NCBI GenBank assembly: GCA_022573655.1
Contig: JACZTO010000001.1
Span: 30,169 to 94,168, forward strand
Origin: Pseudomonadota bacterium
GTDB taxonomy: Bacteria; Pseudomonadota; Gammaproteobacteria; Steroidobacterales; Woeseiaceae
DNA length: 64,000 nucleotides
Direction of reading: 5' to 3'
Each line of letters starts with the position of its first letter. The first letter of the stretch is position 1. The translations under genes were made by a program, and so were the position numbers. Under the pieces are notes generated by a model. That model ran no database searches. It worked only from the letters and a program-made list of their open reading frames with translations, and was not told the DNA's origin. This document shows, in pieces, positions 53,505-62,447 of this stretch.

Positions 53505-53600
53505 AAGAAAGCCGCATTTCTGCGGCCCTTGTTCATTAAGAAAGCCGCATTTCTGCGGCCCTTGTTCATTAAGAAAGCCGCATTTCTGCGGCTTTCGGTT
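53505..53600. repeat. 33-bp tandem repeat, about 2.7 copies, each carrying a GCCGCA-TTTC-TGCGGC hairpin (stacked bidirectional terminators)
   Basis: AAGAAAGCCGCATTTCTGCGGCCCTTGTTCATT at 53505 and 53538, with a third partial unit from 53571 (10-bp stem GAAAGCCGCA/TGCGGCTTTC). On the minus strand every hairpin is followed by TTTCTT. Confidence 0.85.
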
Positions 53601-53624
53601 AGACCTTGTATCTGGAAAGGAAGC

Positions 53625-53705
53625 TTAGCGACGGCTGTATCCGTGTTGCATCTTTCGCGTCAGACCCGTTGGTTGTCCAGATACCCTTGTTATCCCACAA
53701 GACAT
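53625..53705 (-). CDS. candidate 26-codon ORF (MSCGITRVSGQPTGLTRKMQHGYSRR) behind an extended Shine-Dalgarno
   Basis: The minus strand reads AAAGGAGGTGATCC-ATG. The ORF ends 24 nt before the triple hairpin array. There is no homology evidence. Confidence 0.3.
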   Translation of the reverse strand: MSCGITRVSGQPTGLTRKMQHGYSRR

Positions 53706-53939
53706 GGATCACCTCCTTTCATTTGTTTGCCCAGACGCAGTATGTCTCGTAAGTCCCCAGATTCCAAGGAAAAATTATTTATGAAAGGGTCTTCAATAGA
53801 CCCGGAGTTGTGGGTTATCATTAGCAGCTCGCCCTTCGCAACTGATGATTCTCGGCTCCAATGCTGTGTATACTTCGTCACTTGCCTGCGTTGCGAGAAG
53901 CGCCACCCATAAACAGAATAAATCAGAGTGAGTACATAA

Positions 53940-54386
53940 ATGGCAATCTCAGATCTAAAAAACGTACTGCAGATATTCGGTGGTACCGACGTCACCGAAG
54001 ACCAGCAGAACGAACTATTCAAAGAAGTATTGTTGATGACGCTCGCTCGAGCGGCCGATGCGGATATCAATATTCAGACGGTCGAGGTTGAGAGGATTCA
54101 GGAAATACTCAAAGAACATACTGGTGAGGAGTTTAGTTCAGCCGACATTCGCGTTGCAGCGCGCGCAGAACTTTATGCCGAAGCTACACTTCGAAAGTAT
54201 CTGGGCAGTGTGCACAAGAAAATGTCTGATGCCCATCGTGCACAGACTATTCAAGCGCTGGCCGACGTATTTCGCAGTGACATGAACGTTAGCGTTCTCG
54301 AAATCGAATTCTTCGATCGTGTGGCAACAGCGCTGCATGTTACGCCATCACAGATAGCGGGCCTTGTACCGGGTGACGTCGACTGA
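53940..54386 (+). CDS. TerB-like (tellurite-resistance TerB / DjlA N-terminal type) protein
   Basis: 148 aa, all-helical, with a LARAADADINIQTVEVERIQ..LADVFRSDMNVSVLEIEFFDRVA pattern. Confidence 0.5.
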   Translation: MAISDLKNVLQIFGGTDVTEDQQNELFKEVLLMTLARAADADINIQTVEVERIQEILKEHTGEEFSSADIRVAARAELYAEATLRKYLGSVHKKMSDAHRAQTIQALADVFRSDMNVSVLEIEFFDRVATALHVTPSQIAGLVPGDVD

Positions 54387-54403
54387 CATCCTGGAATAAC
54401 TTT

Positions 54404-54432
54404 AAGAAGAGCGGGCATGAGCCCGCTTTTTT
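54404..54432 (+). terminator. rho-independent terminator
   Basis: AGCGGGC atga GCCCGCT followed by TTTTT. It lies between convergent genes. Confidence 0.75.
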
Positions 54433-54443
54433 GTGCGCACAGT

Positions 54444-55349
54444 TTACGCTTCTGTACTGACCTTCAACTCGCGGAACACGACATAAAGGCCGGACACGAT
54501 GATGGTCATTGCCCCGATCACAACCCAGCGATCGGGGACCTCATCCCAGATCAGGTATCCAGCGATGGCGCCGCCAATAAGCGCTGTATATTCCAACGGC
54601 GCGAGCAATGCCGTTGGTGCGCCACGGTAGCCATTGATTAGCCCAACCCATGCGATGACAGAACTGAGTCCTGCGCCGGTCAACAATAACCACCCTGGGA
54701 CATCCGGTGTCAGCCAACTATCGTTGTCAAGCAGCAAGACAGAAACAAACATTGGCCCTATGACAACATAAAGGGAAAGCGACAGCGTCGACTCTGTCGG
54801 GGCGAGATATCTGGCAGAAATAGCCTGGCAAGCGTAACAAAACGCTGCAATTAGGACGGCAATGGATGCAAAGGAAATTTCTCCGCTGCCAGGCCGTAAC
54901 ATGATCAGCACGCCGGAAAAACCAACGGTCACCGCCATCCAGCGCCGCCAACCAACATGTTCGCCCAAAAAAGGTACCGACAATGCCGTCATCATCAATG
55001 GTGCCGTGAATCCGAGGGTCAAAGCATTCACCAGGGGCATGCGCGACAAGCCATAGAAGAAACCAAACATCACACCCACCGCGAGAAATGTGCGTAGCGC
55101 GTGCCAGCGCCAGCGAGATGTTTGCAACCTGCGTATTCCTCCAAACAGCCTGGGCGCGAGCGCAAGGAAAACGATTACAGCGATGCTGCTGCGAACAAAC
55201 ACGAATTCCTGCAGCGAGTAGTCCTGCAAAATTTGCTTCGCGCAAAGGTCCAACGCCAGCCCGCCTGCTACGCCGAACAGAAGCCATGAAATCGCTCTTC
55301 CAACATGATCGTTTTGCGCGATATGAATCACTACTGAATATGATCGCAC
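54444..55349 (-). CDS. DMT-superfamily (EamA) transporter
   Basis: 301 aa with 10 hydrophobic spans arranged as two EamA-like halves. Confidence 0.8.
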   Translation of the reverse strand: MRSYSVVIHIAQNDHVGRAISWLLFGVAGGLALDLCAKQILQDYSLQEFVFVRSSIAVIVFLALAPRLFGGIRRLQTSRWRWHALRTFLAVGVMFGFFYGLSRMPLVNALTLGFTAPLMMTALSVPFLGEHVGWRRWMAVTVGFSGVLIMLRPGSGEISFASIAVLIAAFCYACQAISARYLAPTESTLSLSLYVVIGPMFVSVLLLDNDSWLTPDVPGWLLLTGAGLSSVIAWVGLINGYRGAPTALLAPLEYTALIGGAIAGYLIWDEVPDRWVVIGAMTIIVSGLYVVFRELKVSTEA

Positions 55350-55435
55350 GGCTGGTGAAGCAAGCCCAATGGTTCAGCATTGATTCAGCGTTGCAGGGTT
55401 CTAATAGGGCCATAGGGACAGAGGAGGGGACAAAT

Positions 55436-56221
55436 ATGAGTTTCAAGGTACGCAGGTCTGAGTCAGGTTTGCAGTTGCTGTTGGCAATTCTCTTGTTAGG
55501 CAGTGCGACGATCAGTCGGGCGGAGCCTGCATCGGAACCACGGCTGAGCACGACATCACAGGGACAGGATAGTCAGCGAGGACGTATCCGTGAGGGCCAG
55601 ATATCGAATGACGAATACGCAGCGTTGCTGACGTCTGGTGACAGGAAAAGGCCTGGCCGATCGAAGGCTCAGCAGAAACCCGCAGCAGCATCGTCGAGCC
55701 CGGGATCGCAGTCTCCGAATACTGACTTCTGGTTCTACGATGTGGACGTCGAACTGTTCTACGATTTCGATCACGACGGTTATTACTACGGCATCGACCT
55801 GTGGTTTGATGCGGACACAATTTACTCTGTAGCGGACGTCTATGCCGTTATCTATCTGAGCTACGAATATGGGCCGTGGAACGAATACGCAGTGACGGAA
55901 GACTTCACGCTCTTCGGTACGTCGGGCAGCGATGATTACGTGATCGAAACCGAGCTCATTTCCGGTTACATGACGGGCAGCTACGACATACTCATCGAAT
56001 TATTCGACGCGTATGACGGCAGCTTTGTTGCGGACATCGGGCCCGATTTCTCGTCCGAATTGTCGCTGCTACCGCTGGAGGATGCAGGCCGGGATGCCGT
56101 CGGGGAGCCACGAATCGTTGTCAATTCCGGTGGCGGGGGATCTCCGGGGTGGCCGCTGCTGCTGGCACTGACCGTGGTCTGCCTAATAAATACACGTCAT
56201 CGCATGTCGACTGATGTTTAG
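55436..56221 (+). CDS. secreted acidic protein with a GlyGly-CTERM-like sorting tail
   Basis: The start was chosen at MSFKVRR, with GAGGAGGGG upstream. It has a signal peptide (LLLAILLLGSATISRA) and a D/Y/F-rich core. The C-terminus is NSGGGGSPGWPLLLALTVVCLINTRHR. Confidence 0.65.
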   Translation: MSFKVRRSESGLQLLLAILLLGSATISRAEPASEPRLSTTSQGQDSQRGRIREGQISNDEYAALLTSGDRKRPGRSKAQQKPAAASSSPGSQSPNTDFWFYDVDVELFYDFDHDGYYYGIDLWFDADTIYSVADVYAVIYLSYEYGPWNEYAVTEDFTLFGTSGSDDYVIETELISGYMTGSYDILIELFDAYDGSFVADIGPDFSSELSLLPLEDAGRDAVGEPRIVVNSGGGGSPGWPLLLALTVVCLINTRHRMSTDV

Positions 56222-59200
56222 GCTGTTGCATGCGCACCGCGAGCGGTGCGCATGACTTTCCTTCCCCACGCGGCGAGGCTGTCAAAGTAGACATATAACG
56301 CCGGGACTACCAGCAAAGACACCACAGTCGAGAATGCCAGCCCACCGATTATCGCCCGGGCCATGGGGAAATACGGCGGCCCATCGCCACCGACCTGCGT
56401 CGTACTCATTGCCAAGGGGGCCAGACCCACAATAGTTGTTGCGACCGTCATCAGGATCGGGCGCAGTCGGTCACGACCGGCAATCACTACTGCCTTATCT
56501 CGCGGAACGCCTTCCATGCGCAGATTGTTGATGTGGTCCACGAGCACGATGCCGTTATTCACGACCACGCCGATGAGGATCATGATGCCGATCATCGCCA
56601 TGAACGAAAACGTCGTCCCGGTTGCAGCGAAAAACAGGAACACACCGAAAATTGAAAAAACGATTGAGCCGAGAATGATAGAGAACGGCAGCAACATCGA
56701 CTCAAACAATGCGGCCATGACCAGAAAGATACAGGCAATGCCAAGCAGGATATTCGTGGCCATCATATCGGCCGTTTCATCATTACGTTCAAAACCACGA
56801 CCCTCTTTCCAACTGTAACCGGGCGGCAGTTCAAACTGCTCCATAAGACTCTTCACGCGCGGTCGAACATCATCGGCACTAACATCTTCTTCGAGGTTGG
56901 CCGACAGGATGACTGCCGTCTGCCGGTCTGTCCGGCGAATGGTGGCGGGTGACCTGCCAATGCTCAGTGATGCGACGCTGCCGAGCGTGATTCGCCGACC
57001 CTCCGGTGTGTAGAGCGGCAGATTGGCCAGTTGTTCTATGCTTTGTTTGTCGTCGTCGCGGAACGCCAGTCTAACTGCGACTTCCCCCGACTCGTCGCGA
57101 AACTCGCGCAGGTTTTCGCCGCGCATCGCGATACTGATTGACTGTGCGATATCGGCTGCTGACAGACCCACATTCGCCGCACGAATTCTATCGATCCTGA
57201 CGCGTACTTCCTTGTTGCCCGACTCAGCGTCGCTGACCACATCTTTGAGGCCTTCAACCGTCGCCAGCGCACGGGCTACCTCAATACCGAGTTGATTCAA
57301 AACTTCGGTCGAATCCCCGCTAATCTGAACCGTGAACCCGTCGTCGCCGCCGCCTTGTTGATCAAACTGGAAACTCGGCTTGCCGATAGCGATCACCGGA
57401 AGGTCCTTCTCAATGAGCTCGATAATGTCTTTCGTCGATAATGTTGCGTCATCCTTGTGCGTTAACAGGATTGTCGACTCGGCGCGACCCTGGTCGTAGT
57501 AGCTGTATACCGAACGGATATTGAATTCTTCCTGATGCGAGTAGAGATATTCTTCGATTTCATCGACGGTATCCTCGACGCGCTCCAGAGGGTGTTGCCC
57601 TTCGATGTGATAAGGCATGAACAGGCGTCGGCCGACGTCTTGCGGAAACATGTCGAACTTCACGAGATCCAGCGCCATAGGCAGTACGCCAATCACGCAG
57701 ACCAGGGCAATACCGAGCGCTGTCCACCAGCGGTGCCCCAGCATCCATTCAAGACTGCGGGTATAACCATTGATGAGCCGCGTAATCCATGCACCCGATT
57801 TCGGCTGCGGTGGCACCGCAACGCGAGCGGCAAGCATCGGTACCAGCGTTTGCGCGATAACGAGCGATGCAACCAGTGCGACGATGACTGTAATCGCGAC
57901 ATGCGTGAGGAATATCGACATATCCGTTTTAGCGCCGAAGATGATTGGAGCAAAAACGACAATCGTCGTCGCGGTGCCGGCGATTACCGCAAGTCCAACT
58001 TCCTGCACGCCGCGCATAGTTGCCTCGAATGGCTTGTCCGGATCTTCAGTTCGATGCCGGAATATGCTCTCCGTTATAACGACCGCGTTGTCCACCAGCA
58101 TACCGACAGCCAGCATGAGTCCCATCATCGAAAGTATGTTTAAAGACAGTCCGGCGAAGTAGAGCGCGCCCAGCGTGATCATGATCGAGAAGGGCACGGA
58201 GGCAACGACGATCAAAGTCGTTGTGACTTGGCGGAGAAACAGGTACAGCACGACAAGTGCGAGCAGTCCGCCCAGGCCACCCGCTCTGAGCAAATCTGAG
58301 AGCGATTCGCGTACGCTATCACCCTGATTATCAAGCGAAAAAATGTTGATGCCACGCATCTGTGGGAGCTTGATGATTTTCTCGACTTCGGCCATTACCC
58401 GGTCGGTGACGTCGACAAGATTCGATCCTGTCGATTTATTTATCGCTACGCCGATCGCATAGTCACGATCAAGGTGTCGTCCGTAGTTGCGGTCAGGTGT
58501 GCGCAGTTCGATGTCCGCGACATCCAGTAGTCGCAACCCTTCGCCGTTGAGCGACAATTTACGAATGTCGTCTACCGACTTGAATTCACCGCTTGGCCTA
58601 ATACTGAAGCGTTGGCCATTTGCGGTAATTCGACCAGCATTGACAGCGAAATTACTGCGTGACAGAAGGTCGAGTACGGATGCGATGTCGACTCCGTGGG
58701 CGGCCAGCCGGTCAGGGCTGAGGAGTATCCGAATTTCGCGTGGATCAACGCCATGTAAGTCGACACGGGATACACCCTCAATACGTTGCAGGCGCCTTTT
58801 CAGAAGCCGATCCAGCATGTCATAGCTGTTTGATAAATCCCGTTCCGACGAAATTCGCAGTTGTAGAACAGGCTGGTCACCAAGCGATCCGGTGAAGACC
58901 AGAATTCGACGCACGTCTTGCGGTAGCAAATGTCGAATTCCATCTACCTTCGCCCTGGCCTCAATTCCCTTCGTGCCCATGCTCTGGTCCCAGCCAAACT
59001 GCAGAAAAATCTGCGCCTGGTTTTCATCGGAGCTGGAGAACATGCGTTCAACGCCGGAAAGAGTTGCCAAAGCCTCTTCGACCGGTCGCGTAATCAGGCG
59101 CTCGACTTCCTCAGGCGTCGATCCTTCGTAAGGAATCTGTACAAAAATGCCGGGAAACTCGATGTCGGGATACTTCTCCAGCGGTAACAGCCGCGATGCC

Positions 59201-59280
59201 AGCAGTCCGATCAGCGATAACGCGACGAATATGACTATGGTCGTTACCGGGCGGCGCATTGCGACTTCTGTATGTATCAT
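56218..59280 (-). CDS. RND efflux transporter permease subunit (second of two)
   Basis: 1020 aa with AcrB-like topology (N-terminal RRPVTTIVIFVALSLIG, large periplasmic loops). The ATGA overlap couples it to the upstream RND gene. Confidence 0.9.
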   Translation of the reverse strand: MIHTEVAMRRPVTTIVIFVALSLIGLLASRLLPLEKYPDIEFPGIFVQIPYEGSTPEEVERLITRPVEEALATLSGVERMFSSSDENQAQIFLQFGWDQSMGTKGIEARAKVDGIRHLLPQDVRRILVFTGSLGDQPVLQLRISSERDLSNSYDMLDRLLKRRLQRIEGVSRVDLHGVDPREIRILLSPDRLAAHGVDIASVLDLLSRSNFAVNAGRITANGQRFSIRPSGEFKSVDDIRKLSLNGEGLRLLDVADIELRTPDRNYGRHLDRDYAIGVAINKSTGSNLVDVTDRVMAEVEKIIKLPQMRGINIFSLDNQGDSVRESLSDLLRAGGLGGLLALVVLYLFLRQVTTTLIVVASVPFSIMITLGALYFAGLSLNILSMMGLMLAVGMLVDNAVVITESIFRHRTEDPDKPFEATMRGVQEVGLAVIAGTATTIVVFAPIIFGAKTDMSIFLTHVAITVIVALVASLVIAQTLVPMLAARVAVPPQPKSGAWITRLINGYTRSLEWMLGHRWWTALGIALVCVIGVLPMALDLVKFDMFPQDVGRRLFMPYHIEGQHPLERVEDTVDEIEEYLYSHQEEFNIRSVYSYYDQGRAESTILLTHKDDATLSTKDIIELIEKDLPVIAIGKPSFQFDQQGGGDDGFTVQISGDSTEVLNQLGIEVARALATVEGLKDVVSDAESGNKEVRVRIDRIRAANVGLSAADIAQSISIAMRGENLREFRDESGEVAVRLAFRDDDKQSIEQLANLPLYTPEGRRITLGSVASLSIGRSPATIRRTDRQTAVILSANLEEDVSADDVRPRVKSLMEQFELPPGYSWKEGRGFERNDETADMMATNILLGIACIFLVMAALFESMLLPFSIILGSIVFSIFGVFLFFAATGTTFSFMAMIGIMILIGVVVNNGIVLVDHINNLRMEGVPRDKAVVIAGRDRLRPILMTVATTIVGLAPLAMSTTQVGGDGPPYFPMARAIIGGLAFSTVVSLLVVPALYVYFDSLAAWGRKVMRTARGAHATA

Positions 59281-62200
59281 TTTCTGTCCATCAATGAGTA
59301 AACGACAGGAATGACGAGCAGCGTCAGGAATGTCGATACCGTCAGCCCGCCGATGACAGTAATGGCCATCGGCGTACGTACTTCGGAACCCTCACCGAAG
59401 CCTAGTGCCATTGGCAACAGCCCCAGCGTCGTTGTCAGCGAGGTCATGAGAATAGGCCTTAGTCGGGCCGTTCCCGCTTCCATGATCGCTTCGATACGTT
59501 GCTTGCCTTCAGCTTTTAACTGATTGATCAGGTCGACCAGCACGATCGCATTATTGACGACGATGCCGGCTAACATGATAACGCCGATAAATGCGACGAT
59601 ATTGAGTGTCGTGCCAGTTACGAATAACGCGAGTACCGCGCCAATCAGAGCCAGTGGAATCGTAAACAGGATGACAAGCGGATGAATAAAGGACTCGAAT
59701 TGCGAGGCCATGACGAGATAAACCAGAAAAACGGCAAGAGCGAGAGCGAATTGCATGGACTCGAAGGACTCCTGCATTTCCTCACTCTGCCCCGACACTA
59801 TTGCCGATATGCCGTTAGGCATTACGACGCTAGCGACAATGTTGCCTGCCTCGGCCGCCGCGGTACCAAGGTCACCATAGGCGATGTTGGCCGAAATCAA
59901 AGCGACGCGTTCCTGGCCAACCCGGCGGATTTCAGATGGCCCAGTGGACACGCTTACGTCCGCAACTGCGGCTAGCGTTACAGGATGCTCGGACGTCGGA
60001 TTTACGAGCAAACTGCGGATTTCCTCGATGCTGGATTGTCGTGTATCAACGCTGCGCACGAGCACGTCGATCTTCTTGTCTCTCCAGGTGTAGCGCGTCG
60101 CCAATTCACCGCGTACATTCGCAACAATTCTGTTGGCGATATCTCTGACAGCAAGCCCTAGTTTGGCGGCTCGCTCCTGGTCAAATACGATCTGAATTTC
60201 CGGGTTGCCTCTTTCTATAGTGGTCTTGATGTCAGTAAACCGGTCAGAGGCGGACATCGCCTGCACGATCGACTGGCTAACACTGGACAGATCGTCCAGG
60301 TTGTGACCCGAGATTTCAATCTGCAGCGGGCTGGCGAATGACAGCAATGCAGGCCGCATGAATTCGTGCTGCACACCTGGCAGACGCTCCAACTCCGCTC
60401 GCATCGCATTCATTGCCTGATTTTCCACGGCACGTCCGGAACCGTCGGCAAGCGTAATACTCAGTGAACCGCTGTTGTCACCAGCGTCCACCGGATTCGC
60501 GTCCAGCCTGTTGCCGGTTCCCGCGACAGAGTAAGTGAGCGTAACGGCATCAATACCAGCTGCCGTTCGCTGCGCAGTTTGTATCGCCCGGTCTGTCTCG
60601 GCAAGGAGGGCACCCGGGGGGAGTCGCAGGTTTACGGTAAATTCGCCTTGCGAGAACTGCGGAATCAGTTCCGTACCAAGTCTCGGAACCAATGACATGG
60701 TGGCGCCAAATATCACGGCTGCTGTCAGTATCACGATCCCGCGATTGGCCAGTGACCAGCGCAATAGCCCCGGATAAATCCCGGCAATCGCCCCGTGGAA
60801 ACGCTGCAGCAACCAGGTTGGGACCCACAAAAATATCCAGAACAACTTGCGAAGCGCAAAGAATACGAAACCGAACATGCGCACCACGAAAGCAGTGCCG
60901 CGTGTAAACCAGTTGGCGGGCGTGTCGCTATCACCAGCGTCGTAACGGCTACTGGTCCCAATTGACGCGAGCATTGGTATGACTGTCAGGGCAACTATGA
61001 GCGAGAATATCAGGGCAAAGGTGACGGTTAATGCCTGGTCGCTGAATAATTGCCCAGCGACACCACTGATGAAGACCATTGGGAAAAATACGGCAATCGT
61101 AGTCAGGGTTGAGGCAACGACGGCCGAAGATACTTCTGTTGTACCTTCCTTCGCGGCCTGGGTAACGCTCAGGCCCTGTTCTTTCTTGCGTACGATATTT
61201 TCCAGAACGACAATCGAATTATCGACGAGCATTCCGACTGCGAGCGCGATACCGCCCAATGACATAATGTTCAACGATATGTCGTTCATGTACATCAAGA
61301 GGAAGGTTCCAATCACCGAGACCGGAATTGCGATACTCACAGTCGTCGTCGCTCGCGAGTCACGCAGAAAACCGTACAGAACAAAAATTGCGATCAGTCC
61401 ACCGAGGAATGCCGCAGTGCGGACATCATTGACGGCCGCCGATATAAACGCCGACTGATCATAAATTTCGATGATTTCCATGTCTTCCGGAAGTGACTCG
61501 CGTATTCGTTCCAGCCGCTGCTTGACGCGATCGGCAACCTGTACAGTATTCGCATCCCCTTCTTTGTAGACTGCGAGTTCTACCGACTCTCGCCCCTGCA
61601 CTCGAGTAATCGCTTCACGGTCTTTGTAGCCGCGCTCGACTGTCGCAACGTCGCGAAGATAAACCGCGCGCCCTTCGACGTTGGCAATGATGGCATTGCG
61701 AAATTCGTCTTCATTCTGAAACTCGTTAATTGTGCGTACCAGGAAGCGTTGATCGCCTTCCTCCAGGCGGCCGCCCGAAAGATTGACGTTTTCCTCTCTT
61801 ATTCGTTCAGCGATCTGCTCGATACTGAGTCCGAGTTGCGCCAGCTTCTGCTGGTCGACACGAATCTGAATCTCATCTTCGAGGCCGCCACTAACCTTGA
61901 CGGCCGCTGTTCCCTCCTCGGCTTCGATATCCGGTTTGACACGGTCTTCAGCGAGTCGGCGCAAGGCTTTCAGTCGGGCTTCACTCATGCCCTCCACTTC
62001 TGCCACGTCTTCTTTGTACAACAGGCCGAGGCGGACGATTGGCTCCGACGACGGATCGAAGCGCAGTAGCAACGGGCGGCTGGCCTCCAGTGGCAAGAGC
62101 AGGATGTCGAGCTTTTCCCTGATATCGACACCGGCAATGTCCATGTCGGTTCCCCAGAGAAACTCAATCGTCACATCTGACTGGCCGGACCGAGAAACCG

Positions 62201-62447
62201 AGCGTACAAGGCGAACATTGCGTACTACGCCGACCGCTTCTTCGATGGGCTTGCTTAGAAGGTTTTCAATCTCTATCGGCGCAGCGCCGATGAGCTCAGC
62301 GCGTACGGTAAGTGTCGGATAGGAAATATCCGGGAGCAGATCGAGTTTCAATCGGGACAACGACACCATGCCAAAAAGGACAATGGCGACCATCATCATG
62401 ACAATCGTGACACGGCGCTCCGTCGCTATTTCAATTAGCCGGCGCAT
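59277..62447 (-). CDS. RND efflux transporter permease subunit (first of two)
   Basis: 1056 aa, N-terminus ERRVTIVMMMVAIVLFGMVSL..LPDISYPTLTV. The start overlaps the adaptor stop by 1 nt. Confidence 0.9.
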   Translation of the reverse strand: MRRLIEIATERRVTIVMMMVAIVLFGMVSLSRLKLDLLPDISYPTLTVRAELIGAAPIEIENLLSKPIEEAVGVVRNVRLVRSVSRSGQSDVTIEFLWGTDMDIAGVDIREKLDILLLPLEASRPLLLRFDPSSEPIVRLGLLYKEDVAEVEGMSEARLKALRRLAEDRVKPDIEAEEGTAAVKVSGGLEDEIQIRVDQQKLAQLGLSIEQIAERIREENVNLSGGRLEEGDQRFLVRTINEFQNEDEFRNAIIANVEGRAVYLRDVATVERGYKDREAITRVQGRESVELAVYKEGDANTVQVADRVKQRLERIRESLPEDMEIIEIYDQSAFISAAVNDVRTAAFLGGLIAIFVLYGFLRDSRATTTVSIAIPVSVIGTFLLMYMNDISLNIMSLGGIALAVGMLVDNSIVVLENIVRKKEQGLSVTQAAKEGTTEVSSAVVASTLTTIAVFFPMVFISGVAGQLFSDQALTVTFALIFSLIVALTVIPMLASIGTSSRYDAGDSDTPANWFTRGTAFVVRMFGFVFFALRKLFWIFLWVPTWLLQRFHGAIAGIYPGLLRWSLANRGIVILTAAVIFGATMSLVPRLGTELIPQFSQGEFTVNLRLPPGALLAETDRAIQTAQRTAAGIDAVTLTYSVAGTGNRLDANPVDAGDNSGSLSITLADGSGRAVENQAMNAMRAELERLPGVQHEFMRPALLSFASPLQIEISGHNLDDLSSVSQSIVQAMSASDRFTDIKTTIERGNPEIQIVFDQERAAKLGLAVRDIANRIVANVRGELATRYTWRDKKIDVLVRSVDTRQSSIEEIRSLLVNPTSEHPVTLAAVADVSVSTGPSEIRRVGQERVALISANIAYGDLGTAAAEAGNIVASVVMPNGISAIVSGQSEEMQESFESMQFALALAVFLVYLVMASQFESFIHPLVILFTIPLALIGAVLALFVTGTTLNIVAFIGVIMLAGIVVNNAIVLVDLINQLKAEGKQRIEAIMEAGTARLRPILMTSLTTTLGLLPMALGFGEGSEVRTPMAITVIGGLTVSTFLTLLVIPVVYSLMDRK

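Noticed and set aside
53705-53718. Possible 16S rRNA gene fragment (TGGATCACCTCCTT).
   Set aside because: Identity stops after 14 nt and the upstream sequence does not resemble the 16S 3' domain. It is treated as an SD/anti-SD feature instead.
53502-53912. 136-aa ORF beginning MKKAAFLRPLFIKKAAFLRPLFIKKAAFLR, which looks like a repeat protein.
   Set aside because: The repeats are simply the translation of the 33-bp tandem terminator hairpins. The rest has no coding character.
53781-53912. 43-codon Cys-rich plus-strand ORF (MKGSSIDPELWVII...QCCVYFVTCLRCEKRHP) upstream of the TerB-like gene.
   Set aside because: It has only a weak AAGGA 10 nt from the ATG and no homology evidence. It cannot be distinguished from chance with the data at hand.
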